This document shows positions 11,668-21,060 of a stretch of DNA of 64,000 nt, piece after piece (within the stretch, counting starts at the first letter, position 1; each line of letters opens with the position of its first letter). Under the pieces are notes generated by a model. It was given only the letters and a program-made list of their open reading frames with translations, did not search any database and was not told the origin of the DNA. Source of the DNA: Octopus sinensis (Eukaryota); assembly GCF_006345805.1 (NCBI RefSeq), contig NC_043005.1:44826001-44890000 (forward strand). Reading direction: 5' to 3'. Made by a program: the position numbers and the translations under genes.

Positions 11668-12858
11668 ATGATATCTGGCAAATGCAAGCTTTCTTTTCAG
11701 GTACAGAACACTGCGGCCCCTCATCCCAGGGTCTCAGAGGCCCACACCTCCCACACCCTCAGGGTAGGCACCCTCAACGTTGGCACATTGAAAGGTAGGT
11801 CTGGCGAGATAGTCGAGATGCTTGAACGGAGACGTGTTGATGTATGTTGTATGCAAGAAATAAGGTGGAGAGGAGGATCTGCTAGGGTCCTCACAGGCAA
11901 GGGACACAGGTACAAGATTTTCTGGGCAGGGAACACTGACGGGGTTGGTGGCGTGGGTATAATTATCGCTGAGAAATGGATAGATAGAGTAATTGAGTTA
12001 ATCAGAGTAAGTGACAGAATACTTAAGATTAGAATAGTGCTTCATAATAGATTAGCAACCATTATATCGGCCTATGCCCCTCAGCCAGGGCTATCCGATG
12101 GACAGAAAGACAGTTTCTATGACACCCTACTGCAGACCACCTCATCGACGAACGACAGGGACCTTCTCTTTGTGGCTGGTGATTTCAATGGGCATGTTGG
12201 ACGACATGCTGGGGGCTTCCATGGCGTACATGGAGGCTACGGTTATGGTTCCCGCAACGAGGAGGGAACCAGGCTGCTGGAGTTCTGCGATGCGAATAGT
12301 CTTATGGTCTGCAACACTAACTTCAGGAAACCAACAAGCCACCTGGTCACCTACCGATCGGGCCGGCATACTAGCCAAATCGACTACATCCTTGCCAGAA
12401 AAAGGGAAAGATGGCTGCTTAAAAATGCCAAAACCTTCCCAGGCGAAGAATGCACCCCACAACATAGACTGGTAGTTAGTGACTTTAGGATCAGGACTAA
12501 GAGGGCGACTAGAAGACGACCAACATGGAGAAGAAGGGTCTGGAAGCTTAAAGCCCCTGCGAATGGACAGAGATTTAGAGATATGTTACTTGAAGCCTTT
12601 GACGAAGTGGAAGGGGGTATAGCTACACATGGGGTAGAAGACAACTGGACGTTTCTGAGGGACAACCTGCTGAAAGCCGCTGACCAGATCTGTGGCTGGT
12701 GCAAAGTCCCCTTAAGACCCAAAATAACGTGGTGGTGGAACAATATTGTTGACAGGGCTATTAGACAAAAGAAACAGGCTTGGAAGGCCTGGAAGAACGG
12801 TGGTAGCAGGGAAGGGTATCAGACTGCCAGAAGGAAGCTAGGAGACAGGTCTATCTAG
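11668..12858 (+). CDS. RTE apurinic-like endonuclease domain (first ORF segment)
   Basis: TLNVGTL, QEIRW, GVGI, SAYAP, GDFNGHVG, QIDYIL, QHRLVV motifs; runs out of frame near 12830. The first ~10 codons may be flanking DNA. Confidence 0.9.
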   Translation: MISGKCKLSFQVQNTAAPHPRVSEAHTSHTLRVGTLNVGTLKGRSGEIVEMLERRRVDVCCMQEIRWRGGSARVLTGKGHRYKIFWAGNTDGVGGVGIIIAEKWIDRVIELIRVSDRILKIRIVLHNRLATIISAYAPQPGLSDGQKDSFYDTLLQTTSSTNDRDLLFVAGDFNGHVGRHAGGFHGVHGGYGYGSRNEEGTRLLEFCDANSLMVCNTNFRKPTSHLVTYRSGRHTSQIDYILARKRERWLLKNAKTFPGEECTPQHRLVVSDFRIRTKRATRRRPTWRRRVWKLKAPANGQRFRDMLLEAFDEVEGGIATHGVEDNWTFLRDNLLKAADQICGWCKVPLRPKITWWWNNIVDRAIRQKKQAWKAWKNGGSREGYQTARRKLGDRSI

Positions 12859-12947
12859 CCAGAGGGGAAGCAGATAAGAGAAAATTTGCCAATGTCCTGC
12901 GCCGTGAGGATGAAAGACTTGAGGTATTTCGTGTTGCAAGACAGTGT

Positions 12948-13913
12948 GTGAGAGAGAATCGTGATGTGGTAGGAGAGAAATGTGTTCGCATGGAGGATGG
13001 TTCACTTGCGCTAAATGAGGATGCAAAGAGAGAAGCTTGGAGACGCCACTATGAAAGGTTACTGAATGAGGAAAATGAATGGGATAAAGAGAGTCTGCCG
13101 AATGTTGACCCTACAGAGGGACCAGCTATCCGAGTTGATAGTTCCGTGGTAGCTAAGGCAATTAGAAGCATGAAGACAGGGAAAGCCCCAGGCCCATCAG
13201 GAATTACTGCAGAGATGCTCAAAATATCTGGCAGTGTCGGCTATAACCTAGTCACCCGTATAGTCAACCAGGTGATACACGAAGGAGTCATACCCAATGA
13301 CTGGTGCAGCAGCATACTAGTCAACTGCTACAAAGGTAAAGGTGATGCCCTAGATACAAATAATTACAGAGGTATCAAGCTGTTGGATCAAGTAATGAAG
13401 GTTACGGAGAGGGTCATAGCCCAACTAATTAGAGAGAGAGTTAGTTTAGATGAGATGCAGTTTGGGTTCGTGCCAGGAAAAAGTACCACTGATGCTATAT
13501 TCCTGGTAAGGCAGCTGCAGGAGAAATACCTAGCCAAAGATAAGCCCCTGTACCTAGCTTTCGTTGACATGGAGAAAGCTTTTGATAGGGTCCCCCGATC
13601 CCTTATCTGGTGGTCAATGAGGAAACTAGGGATAGATGAATGGCTGGTGAGGACTGTGCAAGCCATGTACAGAGATGCCGTAAGTAAGGTTAGGGTTGGC
13701 AACATGTACACAGAAGAATTCAAAGTAGAGGTTGGGGTCCACCAGGGTTCAGTACTCAGCCCCCTCCTATTTATCATAGTACTCTCCAGGCAATTACGGA
13801 GGAATTCAAGACAGGCTGTCCCTGGGAGCTCCTCTACGCTGACGACCTTGCTCTTATTGCTGAGTCACTATCAGAACTGGAGGAGAAGTTCCAGGTGTGG
13901 AAGGAGGGTTTAG
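12948..13913 (+). CDS. RTE reverse transcriptase, N-terminal segment
   Basis: KAPGPSGI, NYRGIKLL, QFGF, FVDMEKAFDRVP, GVHQGSVLSPLLF; frameshift near 13785, then WELLYADDL in another frame. Confidence 0.92.
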   Translation: MRENRDVVGEKCVRMEDGSLALNEDAKREAWRRHYERLLNEENEWDKESLPNVDPTEGPAIRVDSSVVAKAIRSMKTGKAPGPSGITAEMLKISGSVGYNLVTRIVNQVIHEGVIPNDWCSSILVNCYKGKGDALDTNNYRGIKLLDQVMKVTERVIAQLIRERVSLDEMQFGFVPGKSTTDAIFLVRQLQEKYLAKDKPLYLAFVDMEKAFDRVPRSLIWWSMRKLGIDEWLVRTVQAMYRDAVSKVRVGNMYTEEFKVEVGVHQGSVLSPLLFIIVLSRQLRRNSRQAVPGSSSTLTTLLLLLSHYQNWRRSSRCGRRV

Positions 13914-14325
13914 AATCAAGGGGCCTTAGAGTCAACCTAGCTAAAACCAAAGTACTAATAAGTAGAAAGGTAGACAATCCACAAATATCTTCAGGAAGAT
14001 GGCCCTGCTCGATCTGTAGAAAAGGTGTAGGTAGAACTCTATAAGATGTACCCAGTGTAAGCTATGGACACATAAGAGGTGCAGCAATGTCAAAGGTAGG
14101 CTAACTGGGAAGATAGTTTTTGTATGTGGCAGATGCTCGGGAGCATTAACCTCCGAAAATCTGCAGAAAACAACTTCCGTCACTTTCCAGGGGGAAAAAC
14201 TAGAAGTAGTTGATAGCTTCCGTTATCTAGGTGACCAAGTCAGCAGTGGGGGTGGGTGCGCTGAAAGTGTAACTGCTAGAATAAGAATAGCCTGGGCAAA
14301 GTTTAGGGAGCTCTTACCTCTGCTG

Positions 14326-14790
14326 GTGACTAAAGGCCTCTCGCTCAGAGTAAAAGGCAGACTGTATGATGCGTGTGTACGAACAGCCATGCTACATGGC
14401 AGCGAAACATGGGCTGTGACTGCTGAGGACATGCGTAAGCTCGTGAGGAATGAAGCCAGTATGCTCCGATGGATGTGTAATGTCAGTGTACATACTCGAC
14501 AGAGCGTTAGCACCTTGAGAGAAATGTTGTACCTAAGAAGCATCAGTTGTGGTGTGCAAGAGAGACGATTGCGCTGGTATGGTCATGTGGCGAGAATGGA
14601 TGAAGATAGGTGTGTGAGAAAGTGCCAATCCCTAGCAGTTGAGGGAACCCGTGGAAGAGGTAGACCCAGGAAAACCTGGGACGAGGTGGTGAAGCACGAC
14701 CTTCGAACTTTAGGCCTCACTGAGGAAATGACCAGAGACCGAGACCTTTGGAAATATTCTGTACGTGAGAAGACCAGGCAGGACAAGTGA
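14326..14790 (+). CDS. RTE C-terminal segment (frame open from ~14040)
   Basis: FRYLG, RLRWYGHVARM, RGRGRPRKTW, RDRDLW motifs typical of RTE; stop at 14790. Confidence 0.88.
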   Translation: MTKGLSLRVKGRLYDACVRTAMLHGSETWAVTAEDMRKLVRNEASMLRWMCNVSVHTRQSVSTLREMLYLRSISCGVQERRLRWYGHVARMDEDRCVRKCQSLAVEGTRGRGRPRKTWDEVVKHDLRTLGLTEEMTRDRDLWKYSVREKTRQDK

Positions 14791-14900
14791 GCCCAGCCCA
14801 CTTATGAATGCCTTTCCTCCCTTGGACACAAAGACCGGTTGAGGCAAGCGAAGTCGATATAGAACCTCATCCGACGACAGACACCCATCCAAACCCCCAT

Positions 14901-15330
14901 GCTTGCGAAGACATGTTGGGGCAAGCGAAATCGAAATCGAAATCGAAACCGAATTGAACCAGCCAGGATCCCTGGCCTGGTGGTACGTAAAAAGCACTAT
15001 CCGACTCGGGGCCGTGGCACGTAAAATACCCCAATGCGACCGTACGACAGGCACCCATGCCAACCCCCTTTGCTTGTGAAGACATGTTGGGGCAAGCGAA
15101 ATCGAAATCGAATTGAACCAGCCAGGATCCCTGGTCTGGTGGTACGTAAAGCACTATCCGACTCGTGGCCGTGGCACGTAAAATACTCCAATGCGACCGT
15201 ACGACAGGCACCCTTGCCAACCCCCTTTGCTTGTGAAGACATGTTGGGGCAAGCGAAATCGAAATCGAATTGAACCAGCCAGGATCCCTGGTCTGGTGGT
15301 ACGTAAAAAGCACTATCCGACTCGTGGCCG
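14901..15330 (+). repeat. ~2.5 tandem copies of a 157-171 bp unit in the RTE 3' UTR
   Basis: gcttg(c/t)gaagacatgttggggcaagcgaaatcgaaatcg at 14901, 15072 and 15229. Confidence 0.9.
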
Positions 15331-15744
15331 ATGCCAGCACCGCCTCGACTGGCTTCCGTGCCGGTGGCACATAAAATACACCAATCTGACCGTGGCCGTT
15401 GCCAGCCCCGCCTGGCACCTGTGCAGGTGGCACGTAAAAAGCACCCACTACACTCACGGAGTGGTTGGCGTTAGGAAGGGCATCCAGCTGTAGAAACATT
15501 GCCAAATTAGACTGGAGCCTGGTGCAGCCTTCTGGCTTCCCAGAACCCCGGTCGAACCGTCCAACCCATGCTAGCATGGAGAACGGACGTTAAACGACGA
15601 TGATGATGATGATGATATATAAAAAAAACTTTTTGTAAAAGTTTCTACCGATAACGGTTATTTTTCCATACTGAAACTACTTGGTAAAATTTATTAATTA
15701 TTAAATTAATAATTCTTTACCCTATATCTGTAATGATATATATA

Positions 15745-15950
15745 TCTGGCACCTGTGCGGGTGGCACGTAAAAAGCACCCACTACACTCACGGAGTGGTT
15801 GGTGTTAGGAAGGGCATCCAGCCGTAGAAACACTGCCAGATCTGACTGGGCCTGATGAAGCCTTCCAGCTTCACAGACCCCAGTTGAACCGTCCAACCCA
15901 TGCTAGCATGGAGAACGGACGCTAAATGATGATGATGATGATGATGATGA
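15745..15950 (+). mobile_element. 5'-truncated RTE 3' tail copy
   Basis: Near-duplicate of 15415-15615 with a (GAT)n tail. Confidence 0.85.
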
Positions 15951-15964
15951 TATATATATGTTCT

Positions 15965-16130
15965 TTTTCTTTTATTCTTTTACTTGTTTCAGTCATTTGA
16001 CTGTGGCTATGTTGGAGCACAGCCTTTAGTCAAACAAATTGACTCCAGAACTTATTCTTTGTAAGCCTAGTGCTTATTCTGTCAGTCTCTTTTGCCAAAT
16101 TGCTAGGTTATGGGGATGTAAACACACCAT
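15965..16130 (-). mobile_element. SINE family A 3' fragment
   Basis: ttttacttgtttcagtcatttgactg...gtaaacacacc, as in other family A copies. Confidence 0.75.
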
Positions 16131-16265
16131 ATATATATATATATATTTGGACTCCACAATGAGGGGTCTTATCGGAATGCTCTGCTAAAGAACCTCCCTG
16201 TACCTGTACCTCTTGTCGCATTTAAGACCGCGGATTCTGCCACCCATGAAGTCATTGCCATTGGG

Positions 16266-16688
16266 GTGCCAGAAGACATGGCTGATCTTCAGGCTTTTGC
16301 TGCCAACTCAGCCAAAGACCTAGGCTGCGTTCCCCCAACGGGTGCTATCCGCCTTGGACGACCTGGCCCAAAACCTAGGCTCATCAAGTTGTCTTTTACG
16401 GACCACACTGAGGCAACCTCTTACCATCTGGCCTCAGTTAAAGCTGGGCGTGAAAATCGGACCACCTTCCGAACACGCCCAGGCTTACCGTCCGATGTAC
16501 GTCCGAAGCTACGTGTAGTGGCTTCCCTGAATAGGAACTCAGCTCTACAGGAAAGCTTCAGTCTTCAGGAAGATGGACAAATCTGGAGATTTGTCAAGAC
16601 TGCTGAAACGTGGAAGAGAGATACCAGCTGGTCTGAGTGCTCTCTACCCACAATAACTAAAAAGACTACAGCAACTCAGGGAAACTAA
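16266..16688 (+). CDS. CR1-type ORF1 C-terminal remnant
   Basis: RLGRPGPKPRLIKLSF resembles the RLG...RPR.I.V motif of CR1/L2 ORF1; lies directly upstream of ORF2. Confidence 0.65.
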   Translation: MPEDMADLQAFAANSAKDLGCVPPTGAIRLGRPGPKPRLIKLSFTDHTEATSYHLASVKAGRENRTTFRTRPGLPSDVRPKLRVVASLNRNSALQESFSLQEDGQIWRFVKTAETWKRDTSWSECSLPTITKKTTATQGN

Positions 16689-16744
16689 GCCAGAACAACC
16701 TGCCATCCTCTACACACCATCATAAACTGCGAGCAGGGTACAAA

Positions 16745-17734
16745 TTGTTGTCCTTAAATGCTCGCAGTTTATGCAACAAAATACATTTGTTCAACGCCCA
16801 CGTCAGAAGTGTTGACCCTGACTTCATCACTGTCACGGAAACATGGGCGCATTCCTTACTCTGTGATGGGGTTTTCAACATTACGGGGTACAACCTCTTC
16901 CGTAAGGACCGCACTAACCGCCGTGGTGGTGGTGTGATGGTCTACGTTCGTTCAAATTTTTTGGTAATTCCTTGTGCCGATTTGAACGAATCACAAGAAG
17001 AAGTTTTTTTCTGTGACGTGCGTATGACCATGTCAACACTCCTGCTTGGCGTTGTTTATCGTCCCCCAAGTTACCATCGGGACACACAGCTTTGCAATGT
17101 CCTCCGAGCTGCTGCCAGGAAAACAGCCACTTATGTGTTTATTGCAGGCGATTTCAATCATCCTGAGATCGATTGGGGGACCTTCCATTGGCCACAGAGT
17201 GCAAACGATTTTGTTGAGCTTGTGCTGGACTCAAACTGGTCACAAGTAGTCACCTCTCCAACAAGAGGCGACAACACCTTGGACCTGCTCTTCACCACAA
17301 CTCCTGAAGCGGTTATCAATTGCACTACGGAGGAACCTCTAGGTGACTCTGATCATGCTATGATCATCGCCAATCTGGCTCTTGCGGGCAACAAAAACCT
17401 GAACCATCTCCAATCTGCTTCCTTCGATTGGAAGAGAGCAGATTGGAACCTGTACCACACTGAACTACAGCACCCAAACTGGCGTGAATTCTACAACTCT
17501 GGAGATGTGAATACTATACTCCAGAGTATCCTGGACTCAATATGGGCAGCATGTGCAGCATCAGTGCCACGTAAACAAAAAAGAAGAACCGCCCCAAAAG
17601 GGCAATTTGGGAAACTTCAGCGGTCCGACTTGCCAGGAGGGAACGTCGGACTGCTGAACAGGAATACAGGTTGCATAAATCAGACACCAACAGGAAGAAG
17701 CGGAATAAATCCTCCAACCATCTCAAGCAAGTAA
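16745..17734 (+). CDS. CR1 ORF2 APE endonuclease segment
   Basis: SLNARS, TETW, DRTNRRGGGV, VYRPP, GDFN, LDLLF, SDH; leaves the true frame near 17600. Confidence 0.9.
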   Translation: MLSLNARSLCNKIHLFNAHVRSVDPDFITVTETWAHSLLCDGVFNITGYNLFRKDRTNRRGGGVMVYVRSNFLVIPCADLNESQEEVFFCDVRMTMSTLLLGVVYRPPSYHRDTQLCNVLRAAARKTATYVFIAGDFNHPEIDWGTFHWPQSANDFVELVLDSNWSQVVTSPTRGDNTLDLLFTTTPEAVINCTTEEPLGDSDHAMIIANLALAGNKNLNHLQSASFDWKRADWNLYHTELQHPNWREFYNSGDVNTILQSILDSIWAACAASVPRKQKRRTAPKGQFGKLQRSDLPGGNVGLLNRNTGCINQTPTGRSGINPPTISSK

Positions 17735-17986
17735 CAAAAAAGCAGTGCTTGAATTTGAACAGTGCATAGCAACCAATCCTGACAGTAAGGTTTTCTGGAA
17801 ATATGTGCACTCAAAGCAGAGACCTCACTCTCCAGTGGGCCTCTTCGCAACCCTCACACAAACCAGATCACTGACGACCCCAAGGAATGCGCAGAACTCA
17901 TTGCCGAGTGCTATGCAAACATATTCACTGTTGAAAGTCAAGATGTACCATCTTCACCATCACTAACAGCAAACTCCATAACAACT

Positions 17987-19507
17987 ATGGAATTTACACC
18001 TGCAATGCTGCGACGTCACCTTCAAAATAAGCGCAACTATGCCTCCCCTGGTCTCGATGGAGTTACATACCTGCTTCTCAAACGTGGCAGGCACTTCCTT
18101 TTACACCAGCTTTCTATTTTCTTCCAGTACTGTCTCAACAATGGTGCTACTCCGGAGCAGTGGAAAACTGCCAGTGTCATTCCTCTGTTCAAAAAGGGCG
18201 ACCGCACATCACCTGTCAACTATCGCCCAGTCAGTCTCACTAGCTGTATTGCAAAACTGATGGAATCGTGTGTCAGAGAAACACTCTGGAACTTCTGGAG
18301 CTCTCACAGTCTCATCCGACCCTCACAATATGGATTTGTCCCTAACTCCAGCTGCAGTGACCACCTTGTCGAGTTCCTTGAGGACATTACTCAGATTACT
18401 GACAGTGGCTCATGGGTGGATGTTGTCTACCTTGACTTTGCTAAGGCTTTCAACTCTGTGCCACACAAAAGGCTTATGGTGAAACTCTCTGCAATGGGTG
18501 TGGGGGATGACCTTTTTAACTGGTTGAAATCCTTCATCCTCAGCCGAAAGGAGGTTGTCACAGTTCTAGGACAGCACTCTACACCATATGAGATGTCATC
18601 GGGTGTACCACAGGGATCTGTCCTTGGTCCCCTCTTGTTTGTGGCATACATTAACGACATAGATGCCAATTTAAAGAATGCCACAGTATTGAAATATGCA
18701 GACGACATCAAGCTGTACCTTGAAATCAAGAGGACAGATCCTGATGTCTACAACTCTTTCCTGCAATCAGACCTAGACACAATGCAGCAATGGATCACAG
18801 ACTGGCAACTGAAACTGGCTGTGGACAAGTGTACCACCATGCATTTTGGGAGAAAAAACCCTGCGTTCACATACTCCCTCCACAACACTGATATCAAGAA
18901 ATCCTCTTGCGAGCGTGACCTAGGCATCACTGTCAGCAGTGATTTGCGTTGGACAAAGCATATCTCTAAGATTGTCAGGAAGGCCGAGGGTGTCTTGGCA
19001 TCACTCAGCAGGTCTTTTGTTAGCCGCTCTCCAGCCATCTATTTAAAACTGTATACAGCTATGGTACGACCACACTTGGAATTTGCATCATCAGTTTGGA
19101 ACCCCTATCTTGCACAGAACATTGACCTCCTGGAATCTGTCCAGAGACGTGCAACCAAACGCATACCCTCCATCAGACACCTACCATATTCTGAGCGCCT
19201 TGTTTCCCTGGGCATGGATTCACTGAAGCTCCGGCGTCTGGCGACGGACTTGGTAAACACCCGCAAAGTTATCAACCACCTCACCAACAACAACACTGAA
19301 CACCTTTTTGATCTCCATGTGTCTAACACACGTGGACATGCCTACAAAGTCAGAAAACAATACAGCTCTCATGACTTTCGGAAACATTTTTTCACGCTCA
19401 GAGTTGCTGAAGCATGGAATAAACTGCCTGCGTCAGTTGTTGACTGCCATGACACTGCATCTTTTAAGGCCCTCATGCTTTCCGAAATCCGCCGAAACTA
19501 CACCTGA
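17987..19507 (+). CDS. CR1 ORF2 reverse transcriptase
   Basis: NYRPVSLTS, QYGF, YLDFAKAF, GVPQGSVLGPLLF, YADD, ERDLG, VRPHLE, ESVQRRATK, TRGH, WNKLP. Confidence 0.95.
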   Translation: MEFTPAMLRRHLQNKRNYASPGLDGVTYLLLKRGRHFLLHQLSIFFQYCLNNGATPEQWKTASVIPLFKKGDRTSPVNYRPVSLTSCIAKLMESCVRETLWNFWSSHSLIRPSQYGFVPNSSCSDHLVEFLEDITQITDSGSWVDVVYLDFAKAFNSVPHKRLMVKLSAMGVGDDLFNWLKSFILSRKEVVTVLGQHSTPYEMSSGVPQGSVLGPLLFVAYINDIDANLKNATVLKYADDIKLYLEIKRTDPDVYNSFLQSDLDTMQQWITDWQLKLAVDKCTTMHFGRKNPAFTYSLHNTDIKKSSCERDLGITVSSDLRWTKHISKIVRKAEGVLASLSRSFVSRSPAIYLKLYTAMVRPHLEFASSVWNPYLAQNIDLLESVQRRATKRIPSIRHLPYSERLVSLGMDSLKLRRLATDLVNTRKVINHLTNNNTEHLFDLHVSNTRGHAYKVRKQYSSHDFRKHFFTLRVAEAWNKLPASVVDCHDTASFKALMLSEIRRNYT

Positions 19508-19556
19508 TTATATATACACTTTAGATGAGTTGTAGTGCACCTGAGCACTGTACACA

Positions 19557-19595
<39 letters not shown>

Positions 19596-20229
19596 TATAT
19601 GGTTGTTATATTTTTTTGACAGCATAATAGGTTAGGTAGGATGATGTCTATATTACAATAACTAATAATATGTTGTGTATGTATAGTAATATTACAATCA
19701 TGAAATTAGCATTAGCTTGTCTCACTCTTTCTCACAGAATCCCTAGGAACCTTTTACAGAACACTAGGGTTCCGGGGAATCCCGGTTGAGAAATATTGGG
19801 TTAAAGTATGGATACAGAGATAGAAATAGTTGTTTTTCTACAGAGAAGATACCTGGCTACCCCAGTTGGAAAAGAAAAGATAGAAAAGAGAGATAGTGTT
19901 GCAGAGAAAGATAGAGCGGTAGACTGAGGGCAAGAGATAAATGATGGTAGAGATGTGCTTTTTTTGAAAAAAAAATTAAGTTTCAGTTTTCACCTGAATA
20001 TTATATTTTTTTATTGATCATGTTGTTTTCTTGTGTCCCTTGAAGAAAAACAAACAACAACAACAACAAAAACAAAAAGATGAAGAAATTTCCTAATTTA
20101 TTCAATGTGAGAGTTGTGGTTCAATATCTAGTGGGATAAGTGGCAATATTAATGTATGGTTCACTGACAGTTGGTTTCAGGTTGACTGGAGTAGTGGCAA
20201 CACCTTCAGATGTCACATCAAACTACCAG

Positions 20230-20470
20230 GTTAAGAGGTTATTTATATGCATCGCCACCACTACCACCACCACTGCCACTGCCACTGCTACTGCTACCAC
20301 CACCACCACCACCATCGCCAATAGCACACCACTCCCACCACTGATAGCACACCACCACCAACACCACTGTTATGGCTGCTGCTGCTGCCACCACCACCAC
20401 CAACAACACAACCATCATTACCTCCTCCTCCACCACCAACAACACAACCATCATCACCTCCTCCACCCAC
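20230..20470. repeat. (CAC/CAA/TGC)n low-complexity tract
   Basis: Direct observation. Confidence 0.9.
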
Positions 20471-20837
20471 TCATTGTATGTCCACTTTTCATTGCTGCTG
20501 TTTCCAAGATTGGAGATATATTTGTATTGCTGCCCCAAGGCAGCAATCAAAATTCAATACTAAATGATTAAATGATATTGAAGATATAACCTAATCACTT
20601 CCTGAGTTGTTCCATGGTATTCCACAACAGTAACAAGATGTTTATCATTGTTGCTATTTTCCTTCTCGAGCCATGCCTGACTCATAAAGGCCAGTTTCCC
20701 AGTTTCATTTGCATATAGGTTCCCCACTTGGACGGGACGTAGGTCCATTGCAGGTGAGCTGCTAGATGCAGGAGGAAAGAGTGATAGAAAGTTGTGGTGA
20801 AAAAGTCAGCAGAAGTTCACCATTACCTTCTGCCAGA

Positions 20838-21060
20838 GCCGCAGCCATTCAAGAATTTGGACCTGGAGATCTCCATTTCCAGCGACTTCAAGGGCCACCT
20901 CCCAGTGGTGTCAGGCGTCAACAAAGAGCCCTCGACTACAACAAGACGACCAAAGGATTTTTTTTTTTCCAAGATCTGGGGTCTTCCGCCCCTAAGCCCT
21001 AGACCATCACCTAATCACCATTATCCGTCTTGTTGCTTTACAACAACAACAGCCAGAGCC
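20838..21060 (+). mobile_element. Unclassified retroposon-like 3' end with (CAA)n tail; second copy at 44255-44490
   Basis: gcagccattcaagaat...gggccacctcccagtggtgtc...ccctaagccctagaccatcacctaatcacc shared by both copies, each followed by caacaac. Confidence 0.55.

Larger units (their letters stand above)
11700..15615 (+). mobile_element. RTE-clade non-LTR retrotransposon, near full length
   Basis: Single APE+RT ORF broken by three small indels; long 3' UTR; (GAT)n tail; 5' boundary approximate. Confidence 0.93.
16147..19590 (+). mobile_element. CR1-clade LINE, 5'-truncated in ORF1
   Basis: ORF1 remnant, APE and RT; short 3' UTR with gtgc-acctga-gcac hairpin; (TTA)n tail; sits between (TA)n tracts. 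Confidence 0.93.
7978..19798. mobile_element. hAT (Charlie-like) MITE ends enclosing nested insertions
   Basis: cagtgtttttcacc at 7978 and ggttgagaaatattg ending 19798; flanking 8-mers gtttaaag / ggttaaag (7/8 identical). Confidence 0.5.

Noticed and set aside
12074-19535. Alternative-frame and antisense ORFs within the two LINEs
   Set aside because: They are shadows of the LINE coding strands with no independent motifs.
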